A DNA stretch of 64,000 nt from the human T2T-CHM13v2.0 reference genome, Homo sapiens, in NCBI RefSeq assembly GCF_009914755.1, contig NC_060940.1. One strand, written 5' to 3'. Position 1 is the first letter of the stretch. Every line of letters begins with the position of its first letter. Both the position numbers and the translations under genes were made by a program. This document shows positions 39,586-55,055 of this stretch, one piece after another. The notes beneath the pieces were generated by a model. That model made no database searches. It was given only the letters and a program-made list of their open reading frames with translations, and was not told where the DNA came from.

Positions 39586-40690
39586 TGTTTTGGGTTGAAT
39601 TGTGTCCTCCTAAAAGATTGAAATCCTAACCCAAATACCGATGAAGGTGACCTTATTTGGACATAGGGTCTTATCAGATATCATCAAGTTAAGATGAGGC
39701 CATACTGGATTAAGGGGTGGGGGGCTAAATCCAATGACTGGTGTCCTTATAAGGAGTGTGAGATTTGGAGACATACAGAGACAGGAAAGACAGAGTAGAC
39801 CAGATGAAGATGGAAGCAGAGATTGGAGTGATACAGCTGCAAACCAAGAAATGCGAAGGATTGCCAGCAACCATCAGAAGTTAGAAAGAAAGAAAGAGGG
39901 GTTCTTCTCTAAGCCCACAGAGGGAGTATGGCCCTGCCTGTGGACATCTTGATTTCAGACTTCTAGTTTCCAGAACTGTGAGAGAATAAACTTGCATTCT
40001 TTTAAGATGCCCTGTTTGTAGTACTTTGCTACTGCAGCCCTTGAAAACAAATACAGATTTTGGTACTAGAAGTTTAGTGCCACTGGAATAAATACCTTAA
40101 AATATGGAAGTGGCTTTGGAATTGAGTAATGAGCAAAGGTTGGAAGAATTTTGAGGCACTTGATAGAAAAAACTCAGATTGCCTTGAAAAGACCGTTGGT
40201 GTAAATACAAAGGTTTAAAGTGTATCTGGCAAGGGTTCAGAAAGAAAAGAGGGTCATGTTATTGGACATAGGAGGGAAAGCAATCCTTGTTAAAAAGTGG
40301 TAGAAAATTTGGTCGAATTGTGTTCTAATGCTGGGTAGAGATTAGAACTTGTAAACAATGAACTTAGATAATTACCTGAGGAGCTTTCCAAGCAAAATAG
40401 AAAAGGTATACCTTTGTTTCTCCTTGAAGCTTATAGCAAAATGTGTGAGGGAAGAAATACATTGAGAAAGAAACTGATAAGCAAAAAAGGCAATCAGACT
40501 TGATGGTTTGGAACATTCTTGGCCTATTCATATTGCAGAAGATGGGAAATTTTGCATGCTCTGAAGAGAACATTAAGGATGGGTAGGACAGATTTTGCTA
40601 AAGAGATTAGTTATGTGACTCTTGAATCCAATCAACCATCCAACAGGAATCCAGGAATAGAGAGAAGGTTATCTAGAAAAGATAGCTGCA
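39586..40690 (+). mobile_element. MLT1C-type LTR (39586-40055) plus adjacent MLT1 internal sequence
   Basis: tgttttgggttgaattgtgtcc..ccagaactgtgagagaataaa..aaataca, followed by gattttggtac..ggaagtggctttggaattg..ggttggaagaattttgagg. Confidence 0.88.
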
Positions 40691-41613
40691 TAGTATTGTC
40701 ATTGTTGGAGTTTCAGTATAGCTTAAATTTTAATGGGCAATTTAAAGTTAAGTGTACATTGACTCTTAGTGTTGTCAATGTAGAGTTCAAACAGGTTCTA
40801 GTGTCCCATTTGGTTGTCTAAATGTGTCCTTAGTACATTTAGAATCCAGAATATGGAGAAACCACATCTTTTATAGTGTTATAATCTGAACGTAAGTCTT
40901 TATTTTAATGTACTTGGACAACCTTGGAAATGAGTGATTGCAAATTGATACATTTGTGTACAGGAAAAATAATACAATAGTAAATAAAATGATTGTCCAA
41001 AGCAAAAATAATATATTTACAAGTGTGAGTAGAAACATACATATGTACACCTCTTTAAGTATATAAAAGATGGTTTCCATAGCTGACAAATACTGTGAGT
41101 TTCCACTCACATCTTCTGTAAGATAAGAATGTTTTCTAATGTTAAAAAATTGGATATTTGTCTATCATAATATTTCCTGATGTTAAAAATTGGATATTTG
41201 TCTATATTTTTCCATTTTCTATTTTTTAAACCACAACTACACCCTTCTATTCTAAATGGTTGTTAAGCAATGTTTTCCCAATACCTATAGAATTTGATAT
41301 TAAAATCAAGCACTTATCTGTAGAGGAATTAGCTTACTTGGTTAATTGACAGAGATAACTCCCATTCTTGGATGGATCTCTATAAGAATAATTATAGCAA
41401 TCTATATAGCGTTGTTTGGCAATTTTGACTGCCCTAAATTGTTATGCTTCTTTGCAAACAACTATTATGCTTCATTAAATCTTCCAAGATATGCATGTTG
41501 CATGTCAGTGCTTAAGAGGATAGATCCCTAAAGATAAAAAAAAAGTAGGTGCTTTTTTATGAGTTGGATATTTCCTGGTGTTAAACGTATTATATTTTTT
41601 AAAAACCTCTATA

Positions 41614-41914
<301 letters not shown>

Positions 41915-42924
41915 TTATAATAATTAAATTTTTAAAATGATAGTATTAATATATTTAATAACCAATACTTTCTGTATGAAAAAAGAGTAAGATATAACTT
42001 TTGTACAGGATTGAAAAATCTCAAGCCTAGAGAAAGGGGAACCTGGCTGGCACAACTGGTATGAGTCTGAAATTTGCCTGAGAGGTCCCATGACCAGGCT
42101 GGGGCAGGTGAACTTCACTGACTAAGTTTGTTGCACTGGAGATGCCCTGTACTTGTGGAGTTTGTTGGAAAACAGAACATGCCAGCAATTTATTTGCTTC
42201 TAGACCAACTCATGATATCCAGAATCCGATGTGCTGAGAGTATGCCTTTGGCAACTGAAGAATTACGTGAATTGCAAGAGTCCCCTGCCTTCCTGCTGAT
42301 TCAGGCTGTGGCATGTGATTTGTTAGCACTGCCTGATATTTCTGTCTTGTGCCCTAATTTTTTCTGGGTTTGGGCCTTGTCTTAAATCCATAGGTGTACA
42401 GCTCTTGATATTGAGATGGGGGTGCTAATATGGCTGAAACTCTGAATACTCATCCCTAACAGTCACAGAACTTGAGCCTCCCAGACACACTTGAACTTCA
42501 GCTCTTCCACTCTCCTTCTTCTCTTTCGTATTCTTTCCTGCAGATCATAAAAGTTTAGTTGAAGAGCGACTTCTTTGGTGTTAGACATATCTGGAATTAA
42601 TTCACTATTCTTGGGTCTTAATCACTACTACATTTTACTCCCTTAAGGATTGGCAAGATATTTCACCACCAAACTTTAATTTCCTACGGGAAGAGCAGGG
42701 ATAACAGTGAGATGGTATTGTCCTTCTGAAAATGATTGTGGCACTGTGATGGGGCCACATAAATTACAAAAACACAGTGCTGTACACATTTTAACCAGTT
42801 TCAAAGTGTGTCCTGCCAGTTAACCCCATTTTAGCAAACTAAATATATATACTCATTTATATAAAGGTAATCTCAGAGAATTCTGACCTCCACAGAACTG
42901 TGCTGGAAAGAGTCAATTTATTCC

Positions 42925-43251
42925 TTTTTATTTTATTTTTTATTTTTTGTTTTTTTTTTTGAGACAGTCTTACTTTGTCACCTACGCTACAGTGCAGTGG
43001 CACAATCCCAGCTCACTGCAACCTCTGCCTTGTGGGTTCAAGCGAGTCTCGTGCCTTGGTCTCCTGAGTATCTGGGTGTACAGGCACGCACCACCACACC
43101 CAGCTAATTTTTTTTGTTGTTGTTGTATTATTAGTAGAGATGGGGTTTCACCATGTTGGCAAGGCTGATTTCGAACTCCTGACCTCACGTGATCTGCCTG
43201 CCTCGGCCTCCCTAAGTGCTGAGGTTACACGCCTGAGCCACTGTATCTGGC
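42925..43251 (-). mobile_element. AluS (Sx-like)
   Basis: Full antisense Alu. Confidence 0.93.
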
Positions 43252-44504
43252 AATATTCCTGATTAATTACAAAGCAAAACAGAGTCAAATAATTAGTTTT
43301 TTAATGTTTGTTATTAGATTGAAGTAAAGCTAAAACAGTCTGATATATCCTTAGTCAAAATCTGTGAATTAGGGTGATAGGATGGTTTTATTTAAAATAT
43401 TTTTACCTTTTTTTTTTCCTCAGCAGTCTGGATTTAGTTTGTGAAGTTTAAAAAAAACTTACTAAAACATTAACATTTTGATAAAGGTTGGAAAATAAAG
43501 TTCCAGATTAATTTTATGATCAGTGATGTATCACTTGCTCTAATAAATTATATTTTGTATACCAGCCTTGAGAAGGTGAAATAAAAATAAGTGAAGGGTT
43601 ACACATTTATTTCTAAATATGCTGATATCTTCTATTAAAGTAGTGGAGAGTTTGCTACCACTTCTGAGATTAATATAGAATCACTTCTATTTTTGTGTCG
43701 ATTTATTTGATTTAACACCATAGATGACTGTCCACCTGCCTGGCTGGTTCCCTCTTGGCTTTCGATATTGCCCTCCCTCCTTGGCCCCTTCCTTAGAACA
43801 TGCTGCACCTTCTCTGATCTCCCTGCCAGCGTCTTGGTGCGTTTTCCATCTTACCCTTTATCGTCCTTGTCTGCTCTATGGCCCACAGTCTTCAGCTCTA
43901 AATCAATCTGATGGTGTCATCCGTGGGAATGCGCCAAGTAGCTAATCCTAAGTAATGTGTAGTTCTGAAATCAGGGAAACTAGATTATAATACTAAATTG
44001 TGAATGGCCTTAAGGAAATGACATTACCTCTCTTTTTTTACCCCCTGGGTAGAGGATTGAATTTGAGGATCTCTAAATTCTATGACAACGTACTCTTCTT
44101 ATGTGTAATATTCTACTGGCAATGTAGCTATCTTCTGTTTCTAACTCTTAGAAATCTTTAAAGCATGTGAGTAAGAGAAATTGGTAGTCCCTCAATAAGA
44201 AGGTGAGGGGAGTACCTTAAGGCAGATTATCCTTCTAAGTTTTCCTCAAACAAGATGACACAGGATGCTCCCGCCTTAGGAGATGTCTTCAGCTTTCATA
44301 AGATACAGGAATTCAAAATATAAATGTGGCCCAACTGAAATCGATACAGTGGCTCAAATTTGGTCAATTAAAATATATTCACAAAATTAAACATTATCAC
44401 TAATACATAAACATTTCTTTTAGTATCCATCTGATATTTTCAGTGCTGAGTAGGAAAATTTTACATGCAGGTGCAATGAATAAACCATGAGTTAAGTAAT
44501 CAAG

Positions 44505-44720
44505 GGTGTCTTTGGTTGGGTTCTCCTAGAAGCACACCTGGAGCAATGTCTGAGGTACAAGTGATTTATGAGGGCATAGCTGCCAGGAGAAAACAGAGCA
44601 TGGGGGAAGCAGGTTAAGGAAGAAGAAACCAAATAATTTCAGAAATCTCAGGCACAGCATAATCTCTCAGGAAACTCTGAGGGATAAATTTTACCTTGGA
44701 CTTTGCCTTACCTCAAGGTG
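44505..44720 (-). mobile_element. ERVL LTR fragment (LTR33/LTR16-like)
   Basis: ttggttgggttctcctagaagcacacctgg..aagtgatttatgaggg motif. Confidence 0.55.
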
Positions 44721-44894
44721 ACGGTAGAGTCTAGCATGGTGTCTGGCTATATGAATAATTAATTTAGAAATGTTAGCTGCCATGTCATACAACTGGCAGC
44801 AGATTTGATGTCTTGTTAGGGCCCTTTTGCTGGCTTACTGATAGCTCTCTCCTGAATTTATGCTTAAGTGACCTTTCCTGGTACTTACTCATGA

Positions 44895-45077
44895 AAAGAG
44901 ATCTCTCTCTCTGTTTCCTCTTCTTATAAAAGCATTAATCATATCATGAGTGGCCCACCCTCGTGACAATGTAAACCTAATTACCTCCCAAAGGCCCCCT
45001 CTCCAAATGCCATCACACTGGGGATTAGGGCTTCAGCCTGTGAATTTTGTTGGGACACAAATATTCAGCCCATAGTA
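44895..45077 (-). mobile_element. MLT1A-type LTR fragment
   Basis: cttcttataaaagcattaatc..cctaattacctcccaaaggccc..ggggattagggcttca..attcagcccatag. Confidence 0.8.
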
Positions 45078-45229
45078 GTTAGCTACATTTCCAGAAACTA
45101 GTAAACTAACTACTTGACATACCTGAGAGAAACCAAGACAGCCAGCCCTCGGGGGCAAAGATCCCCCCAAAAAGGAAATATCATGTAGTGAGCCTGACAT
45201 TTTCTGCACCAAATAACAGAGTTTTAAAA

Positions 45230-46345
45230 ATATGTAAAGGAAAATGGACAGAAATAATAGAGGTAGACAGTACATACAGAAATACAAAATTGTTAATGTA
45301 TATCATTCTGTAGCTTATTGAACAAGTAGGCAAAAAAATGAAAATAAAGATTTGAACAAAAAATTAAAATATGTAATGTATATTTATATACTGTGTGTAA
45401 TGTATATTTATATACTCTGTGTAGTTATTTATATACTCTGTGTAGTATATCTCCAACTGCAGAATACACATTCTTATTAAGTATACTTAGAATATTTACC
45501 TAAATTTATGCTGGACCATAAATTGTTTCAATATATCTCAAAGGATTGAAATCATACAGAGTAAGTGCCCTAGCTATAGTGGAATTCAGCTAGAAATCAT
45601 TAATTAGAGAATACTTGAAAAGCCAGAAAGGCGTGGAATTTAATACATTCCTCCAAAAGAAATCTCAATGGAAATGAGAAAACATTTTAACTGAATGATA
45701 AGAAAATACTGCAAATCAGAATTGTGAGATGCAGATTAGACCATAATTCATGGCCTTAATTACAAATATGACAAAAGAAAAAAGGTTAAATATGAATGAT
45801 TTTTCCATGCATTCATCCCAAAAAACTACAAAAAGAACAACAAATTAAGCCAAAAATAAGCAAAAGGAAGGAAAAAACCCAAAGTGCATTAATTAATAAA
45901 ATGGAAAACAAGCATGTAATACAATCAAGAAGACAAAAATGTAAGGATACTTTAAGAAACTTTCTGCTAATTTTGAGAATTTAAATGAATTGAAAAAATG
46001 TTTCAAAAACAAACCTGCAAAACTGCACTCAATAAATAAAAAAAATTAAAATATTTCTCTACCTGTAAGAGAGAAATTTATAATTAAAAATGTTTCAACA
46101 AAGAAAACTACAAGTTAATATGCCTTCAAATATGACTTCTTGCAAACATATTTAAGGAAGATATGACTGTAAACTTACACATTCTCTCCCAGAGAACAGA
46201 AAAAAAGTCAAAATACTCCCTAACTCATTCAAGGAGGCCAGCATAACCTTGATACCAAACAGTGTCAAGGACAAACAAGAAAGGAAAATTAAAAGCCACT
46301 CTGTTGCATGAATATAAATGCAGAATGCTCTAAACAAAATACTAG
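45230..46345 (+). mobile_element. Old L1M ORF2 remnant
   Basis: A-rich, with gcagaatacacattctt, ggattgaaatcatacagagta and gaggccagcataaccttgataccaaa motifs. Confidence 0.8.
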
Positions 46346-46563
46346 CGTACATGTGTGAAGGGCCTCAGACTCTGCCTCAGAATGAGAATGCCTCCCCTCA
46401 GCTGGAATGTACATGTGCTCTGAAAGTGTGGTGGGTGGCACAACCACAGAAATATCAAAAGCCAGGACTCCTAGCTTTCTTGCCTGATGCCAGTTCATGT
46501 GTGTCCTGAGCATCTTGCCCAGCAGGGGATGGACGGATCTTGCTAAGAGATGGGAAAAGCTAG

Positions 46564-47093
46564 CAAAAGGATTATAAATTATGCTGCTATAAAGACACAT
46601 GCACATGTATATTTATTGCGGCACTATTCACAATAGCAAAGACTTGGAACCAATCCAAATGTCCAACAATGATAGACTGGATTAAGAAAATGTGGCACAT
46701 ATACACCATGGAATACTATGCAGCCATAAAAAATGATGAGTTCATGTCCTTTGTAGGGACATGGATAAAGCTGGAAACCATCATTCTCAGCAAACTATCA
46801 CAAGGACAAAAAAACCAAACACTGCATGTTCTCACTCATAGGTGGGAATTGAACAATGAGAACACTTGGACACAGGAAGGGGAACATCACACACCGGGGC
46901 CTGTTGTGGGGTGGGGGTGGGGGAGAGGGAAAGCATTAGGAGATATACCTAATGCTAAATGACGAGTTAATGTGTGCAGCACACCAACATGGCACATGTA
47001 TACATATGTAACAAACCTGCACGTTGTGCACATGTACCCTAAAACTTAAAGTAAGAATAAAATTTAAAAAATACAAAAAAAAAAGAAAACCAA
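46564..47093 (+). mobile_element. 5'-truncated L1PA3/4
   Basis: ORF 46669 [28 protein letters not shown]; 3'UTR aatgctaaatgacgag; aaaagct on both flanks. Confidence 0.95.
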
Positions 47094-47158
47094 AAAAGCT
47101 CATTCACCCATATGAGAGATGGTTAAAATTAAGATGTGTCATGTGGATTGGACATGTC

Positions 47159-47617
47159 TTCTTTTCCAACATTTATCTTAAAATCAGAGGTACATGTGCA
47201 GGTTTGTTACAAAGGTATATTGCATAATGCTCAGGTTTTGGGTATGACTGAATTCGTCACCCAGGTAGTGAGCATAGTATCCGTAGGTAGGTTTCAACCC
47301 CTGCCCCATCACTGCCTCTCCTGTCTTGTATTCCTCAGTGTCTTTTGTTCCCAACTTTAGGTCCATACGCTCCCAATATTTTAGCTCCCACTTACAAGAT
47401 AACATGTGGTATTAGGTTTTCTATTTCTGTATAAATTCTTTTAGGATAACGGTTTCTAGCTGTATCCATGTTGCTGCAAAGGAAACGGTTTTGTTGTTTT
47501 TTTATGGCTATGTAGTATTCCATGGTGTGTATATACGACATTTTCTTTATTCAATCCATCATTGATGGGTACCTGGGTTGATACCATGTCTTTGCTGTTG
47601 TGACCAGCTCTGTGATA
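47159..47617 (-). mobile_element. L1PA16-like 3' end
   Basis: ggtacatgtgcaggtttgttacaaaggtatattgcat..cacccaggtagtgagcatagta..ttagctcccactta. Confidence 0.88.
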
Positions 47618-47639
47618 TGGACAATTTTTGTATGACACT

Positions 47640-48100
47640 TACATCCTCTAAACCCTGTCTCTCTCTCAGCCAGAATTGCAGTGACCAAATCCAGCTTTCC
47701 ACAGGTGTGATAGGGTCTCATCTAGGGCTGTATCATTTCCCTGTAGCTTCTTGCCCTATGGCTCCTCTGATATTGATGGATGGCCTTCCCCTGGGAGTCC
47801 ACTGGACTCATTCTAGTAGTGAGGGATGAGGAGGAGTGCCTGCCTGTGAGGCTAAACGTGCCAAAGAGGATGAGAGCTGATGGACAGAAACTTTCTGCTT
47901 TTGTTCTCAGAATGGAAATTCTGAGATGCATCTGATAAGGCTGCTCAGAAGTGTGTGTGGCATTGGATACCAGTAGCTTGTAGTTTCATCCAAGTCAATA
48001 ACACATTTCCTTTGGCCTTCCGTCATTATTGTTTCACCCCTTCCTGCGTGCCACATCTGTCCTGTGGGGTCACTTCTTCAATGTGAGTGATCAAACTTTT
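47640..48100 (+). mobile_element. LTR16-type ERVL LTR
   Basis: gagagctgatggacagaaa..attctgagatgcat..ggggtcacttc motifs. Confidence 0.6.
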
Positions 48101-48134
48101 GCCTCAAAGTCATGCTTCTCATCACCCAGTGAAG

Positions 48135-49166
<1,032 letters not shown>

Positions 49167-51222
49167 CACATGTAAATACTTCAGCTTTGTTAGTACGAAA
49201 TGCAAAATGTCAATATGAAAAGAATATTTGTGTGTGCCTGTATAATAAAACATGGTAAAAACTCATTTGAGAAGGAGGGAAAGGAATGTAAAAATGCAAT
49301 GCAAAAATTAATATGGACTGAATGTCACTTAACAGTTAGTGTGATGGGTGTTTAGGCATCCATAATTATCCAAAATGTCAGGAGGCTTGTGAAATAAACA
49401 TCAAAGCCTCAGTGGAGCTTGCTTTGTCTCTCTGGTTTTCCCATTTAATTAGATTCTGAGTATGATGACATTGGAAAGAGTTGTTTGCTCTGGCAGTAGT
49501 AATACTTTCTATTTGTTTATAGCTTTACTATTTATAGTTTTATAATTTAAAATCTGTTCCCGTGCACTATCTCCTTTGATTTTTAACTGTAGCCCTTCCA
49601 AAGGCTACTCTATAGATGTGGTTGCATGAGAAAAGCCATAGAAAAAATTGTGTGATTTTTATAAAGTCTTTCTTTCGATTCTCAAATAAGACATTTTATC
49701 AAAGATTTTCTTCCTCAGTGGGAATTATTAGCCTTATATATGTAATAATTTAAATAGAAAGCTAGCTTAAAACCACATTTAAGTGACGTAAGGATTATTT
49801 GTTATTTTCTGCTACTTTTTTCTTTGATCTCTTTTTAAAAAGATTGATATATAATTAATAGTAACAGTATAAAATAAAAGGGACACATAAAATAGATTAT
49901 ATAATTGGCTGTATAAAATATAACTGACTTTTATAATAGGCTATAAAAATATCTGACTGTATTAAAATGAAAAATAAGGTCAGAGACTGTGTGCCAGAAA
50001 GAGAACGTTTATGTGGGTTTTTCCAAAGTCTCACCATTGACCTTGACTTTGTACATGTCCTCCTTAAATGTGCCTGTCCTTCGCCAGAGCCTCGGGAGAA
50101 GTGCTGTGCAGACACTTCCCACACCTGTGCTAAAGGAAAAACACATCTCAACAATCTTCTTTCTGGAATTTTTAATTGCCTGCTTGAATTTTCCAGCTGC
50201 CTGCAAGGTGTTTTTTCTCACTTTATCAACTTAAGTTAAATACATCACCTCCAAACCAGCTGCTGCTTGTAATTATTTTTCTTTCTGGTTCCTGGTGGTT
50301 TTTTAAATCACCATAGTTTCAAATTCTTAGAATCTCCTTTTATTTCTCCCTTGATCCCTCCTTCTGAAAAAGGTGATAAATTCTGTGTATCCATGGCCTG
50401 TAATCTCTGTCTCTTAAACTCCTTTTATATTTCCATTGCTGCTACTGTAATGCAGTTCTTTGATTTCTATGCAAGGTTATTTAGGACCATAATGGGCCAT
50501 GCAGTTTTGAGGCTTTCTTCAATAAATAAAATTTAAAGCATCATTGTGGCCTTGTTGTGTGCCTGCTTATGACTTTCAACCCCATCTCCATTGCCTATAC
50601 TGGTGTTTATGAATGCACTTGCCAATATCCAGCTAATATTCTGCAGTGGTTGAACAGATAATTTGGTAGTTTCAAAGAAAAAGGTGTAAAAATTCACAAA
50701 CATTTTACAAATTAAACTGGAAGATAATTTATGAATTGGCTACCATTCACTAACAGTATAGTTTCTCTTAGCTAGCCCGTCTTTGCTTAATTTGTGTGCT
50801 ATTTCTTATACTTATTAGATTTGCTCTTTTGCTCTTAGCACTACATGACATCAATTCTATGATTAGTAAAAATACAGAAAGAGCTTACTGATGCAGAAAA
50901 GCATAAGTGAAAAACAGTAAGAAATAGAAATTCAGAAAAATGTCATAAATATAAGGAATGACTATAATTTTAGGGCAAATAAAACATATGAACCGGGATA
51001 TTTGAATATTTGAATGTGGCAATTTTTAAAAGCATCTAAATAGTGCTGGATAGATCTGTAAAAATTGGACTTTATTTGATGAGTGATTATTTTACTAAAG
51101 TTTTTAAAAATTGTGGTGAAATTCACATAACATACAATTAACCATTGTAAAGTATAAAATTTGGTGGCATTTCACAATTTTGTGAAATCACTATATTCAT
51201 CAGGTTCCAAAATATGTTCTAA

Positions 51223-51599
<377 letters not shown>

Positions 51600-52232
51600 T
51601 GTTTTTTCTTTCAAGTTTTTTTTTTTTTCTTAGTGATTACTTTGGGAATTAGAAATAATCTCTCAAATTTGTAATGATCTATTTTGAATTAATATTCCTT
51701 AGCTTTAATGGTATACAAAAACCTCTACTTTTGTATCGCTTTGTCTCTCCTCTTTTGTATGATTTTCACAAATTATATCCTTATGCATTGTATGCACTAA
51801 CATAGACACATAGTTATAATTATTGTTTTATGCATTTGTCTTTTAAATTATATAGGAAGAAAAGGGGAATTACAAACCTCCAATAAAATAAAACTTTCTT
51901 TTGTGTTTATGTAGTTTCCATACAGTGTTCTTTACGTGGCTTTGCATACTGTCTAGTGCCCTTTTCTTTCTGTCCAAAGGACTCCCTTTGACATTTCCTG
52001 TTGGACAGGCCTACAGGCAATAAACTCCTTCAGTTTTGCTTATTCGGGAATGTCACTTCTTCATTTAAAAAAGGTAGTTTTACTAGATTTAGAATGTTTG
52101 GCAAATAGTTTTATTTTTCTTTCAGCACTTTAAATATATCATCCCACTGCCTTTTGGCCGCCCTGGTTTCTGCCCAGAAATCTGCTGTTGAGGACCCTTT
52201 ATAGGTGACATCTTCTGACTTGATGCTTTTAA

Positions 52233-52641
<409 letters not shown>

Positions 52642-52859
52642 CCATTATTATTTTTTTTTATAATTCACTTTTTATACTATTTTTATTGATACATAATCAA
52701 CTGACATAACATTATTTATTTAAATATTCTTTCAGCCATTCTCTCTCTCCTATCCTTCTGAGATTCCCATTATGCATACATTGATAAACTTGATGGTTTT
52801 CCATAGGTCTCTTAGATTCTGTTCATTTTTTTCTTTTTATCATATTTTTTCCTTTTTAT

Positions 52860-53422
52860 CATATTCAGGGATCTTGGGTGATCCTAGCCAACCAGCTTTC
52901 CCAGGGATGAATTTTCCACTTCAGTTCAGTTTGGGCCAAAGGTGAGTCTTAGATACCGTCTGATGTTCAAGCAGTTTATTCTGGCAGCGCTTGTACATAA
53001 TGGAAAGTGGGAGCAGGTTAGTGGTACGGGCCAGATACAGTCAAGGGGTCAGGTGACGGACTGACCAGGAAGGTCTGTGTCTGGAGACCATTCCCAGAGT
53101 TTTGGGAATTACTCCCCTTTCTTACACATGTATTCACTTTACACTCATTAACAGATGTTTCTTTCATAAAGGAAGTTAAACTATTCTTGTAAGGATAAGG
53201 TTTGTTTTAAGGTTTATGAGGGTTACATCTGTGCTGAGGTGGTCTTGTCACCTAGAAATCTCTGGGCTAGGGTTAGTAGTCCCCAGGTCAGGTCGTGCCA
53301 TACCACTAAGTGACACATGATGTAGGCCCCATGAGATGTTTGAGTGGACCTTAGAGCTATCATTAATCTTATAGCCATGATGTGTCTCTTGTATGTACTA
53401 TGCTTTCTGTTTCTTGAATACA
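52860..53422. mobile_element. Probable ERV solo LTR (family unassigned)
   Basis: ~560-bp higher-GC block inserted in L1M with inverted ends (tattcagg.. / ..cttgaataca). Confidence 0.5.
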
Positions 53423-53953
53423 TATGCTCAATCTATCTCTACATTCACTGAATATTTCTTCTCTCTGCTCAAATCTGCTGTTGAAGTCCTCTAGTGAATT
53501 CATTTCAGTTGTTGTACTTTGCAACTCCAGAATGTTTATTTCATTCCTTTTAATAATTTATATCTCTTTATTGATGACCTCTATTTGTTGAGACATCATT
53601 CTCCTATTTTTCATTAATTGTTTGTACATTGTTTCCTTTAGCTCTTTGAGCGTATTAAAGATAGCTGATTTAAAATCCATGTTTAGTTGATCCAATATCA
53701 TTGCTTCCTCAGGGGCAGTTTCTATTAATTTCTCCTGTGAATGGACTCTACATTCCTTTTTTTGCATGCATCATATTTTTTGGTTGTTGCCGAAAACTAG
53801 ACATTTTGAATATTACAGTGTACTAACTCAAAAATCAGATGATCTCTTCCTCCATAAAGGGTCTGTTTTTGTTGCTTGTGTGGGTTATAGGTTTTTTTTT
53901 TTTTTTTTTTTTTTTTTGGTGACTTTTCTAGTACTTTAAAAAAGCCTATTCTT

Positions 53954-54309
53954 CCACAATGGTTGAACTAGTTTACAGTCCCACCAACAGCGTAAAAGTG
54001 TTCCTATTTCTCCACATCCTCTACAGCACCTGTTGTTTCCTGACTTTTGAATGATCGCCATTCTAACTGGTGTGAGATGGTATCTCATTGTGGTTTTGAT
54101 TTGCATTTCTCTGATGGCCAATGATGATGAGCATTTTTTCATGCAGCCATAAAAAATGATGAGTTCATGTCCTTTGTAGATATACCTAACACTAAATGAC
54201 GAGTTAATGGATGCAGCACACCAACATGGCACATGTATACATGTGTAACAAACCTGCACGTTGTGCACATGTACCCTAAAACTTAAAGTATAATAATAAT
54301 AATAATAAT
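53954..54309 (+). mobile_element. L1PA3-like insertion with 5' inversion (twin priming) and an internal deletion
   Basis: Antisense ORF2 piece 53954-54143, then sense pieces 54141-54179 and 54180-54309; TSD aaa(a/c)agcctattctt (53939-53953 / 54310-54324). Confidence 0.93.
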
Positions 54310-54980
54310 AAACAGCCTATTCTTTGTCATGTATAGTCTTTGAGGTTTATTTTTTTTTCAGCTTGTGGGCAGGTAGTGTTTTGACAAAGATTTCCTTAGA
54401 AACTAGTGGAAAAAAAGCCAAAATGAAACAAAAGCCCTTCCCAGTTTTTGCAGATTGGGTCTGTGTTGGGGCACCACTTAGCCAGGCCATATAAAACTCT
54501 GCCTTATCTTCGACTTGCTGCTCACAGACATAATCCTGTAAGTTACGTTCACTCTTAATCCCCAAACTGTGTCTCTGATGAAAAAGTAGAATGAACCTTA
54601 CAAGACTTTTAATTATCCTTCAAACAAAACTCTAATACTACAGTTAAACTTTTCTAGATAAAACACAAAATGTGCTTTTTAATAAGGATTTTATACTTTT
54701 TTTCTATAATGGGAGTAGAACTACATATGTACAAAGTTGTATTTCTAATAGCAAAAACACATCTCATTATTAATGTTATCCTTTGGGAAAAAGTACAGTA
54801 TGCTATTTGCAAAATCCATCTATCAAAAGACACTGTCAAAACCCATGTATTTTTTAGTGGCTTTGGACGTGCAGGAAACAATATTCTGAGTAAGTGTTAG
54901 TGACTCCTGCTTTATTCAATATGAGAGCTACTTATTTTCTGAGTTTTAATTCTGCTCCTGCCTAGATAAGAGCAAAACAC

Positions 54981-55055
54981 TCAACCTTTCCATCTGGTTA
55001 ACCTTGATAGCTCATACTGTAGGAGCCATCAAGGCTAACCAGATGGAAAGGTTGA
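54981..55055. repeat. 75-bp near-perfect inverted repeat (37-bp arms, 34/37 paired, 1-nt spacer)
   Basis: tcaacctttccatctggttaaccttgatagctcatac-t-gtaggagccatcaaggctaaccagatggaaaggttga. Confidence 0.97.

Noticed and set aside
49897-50239. Four overlapping ORFs in non-repeat DNA with an ERR-type TGACCTTGA at 50038-50046
   Set aside because: No protein similarity or splice structure, and a single motif is insufficient evidence.
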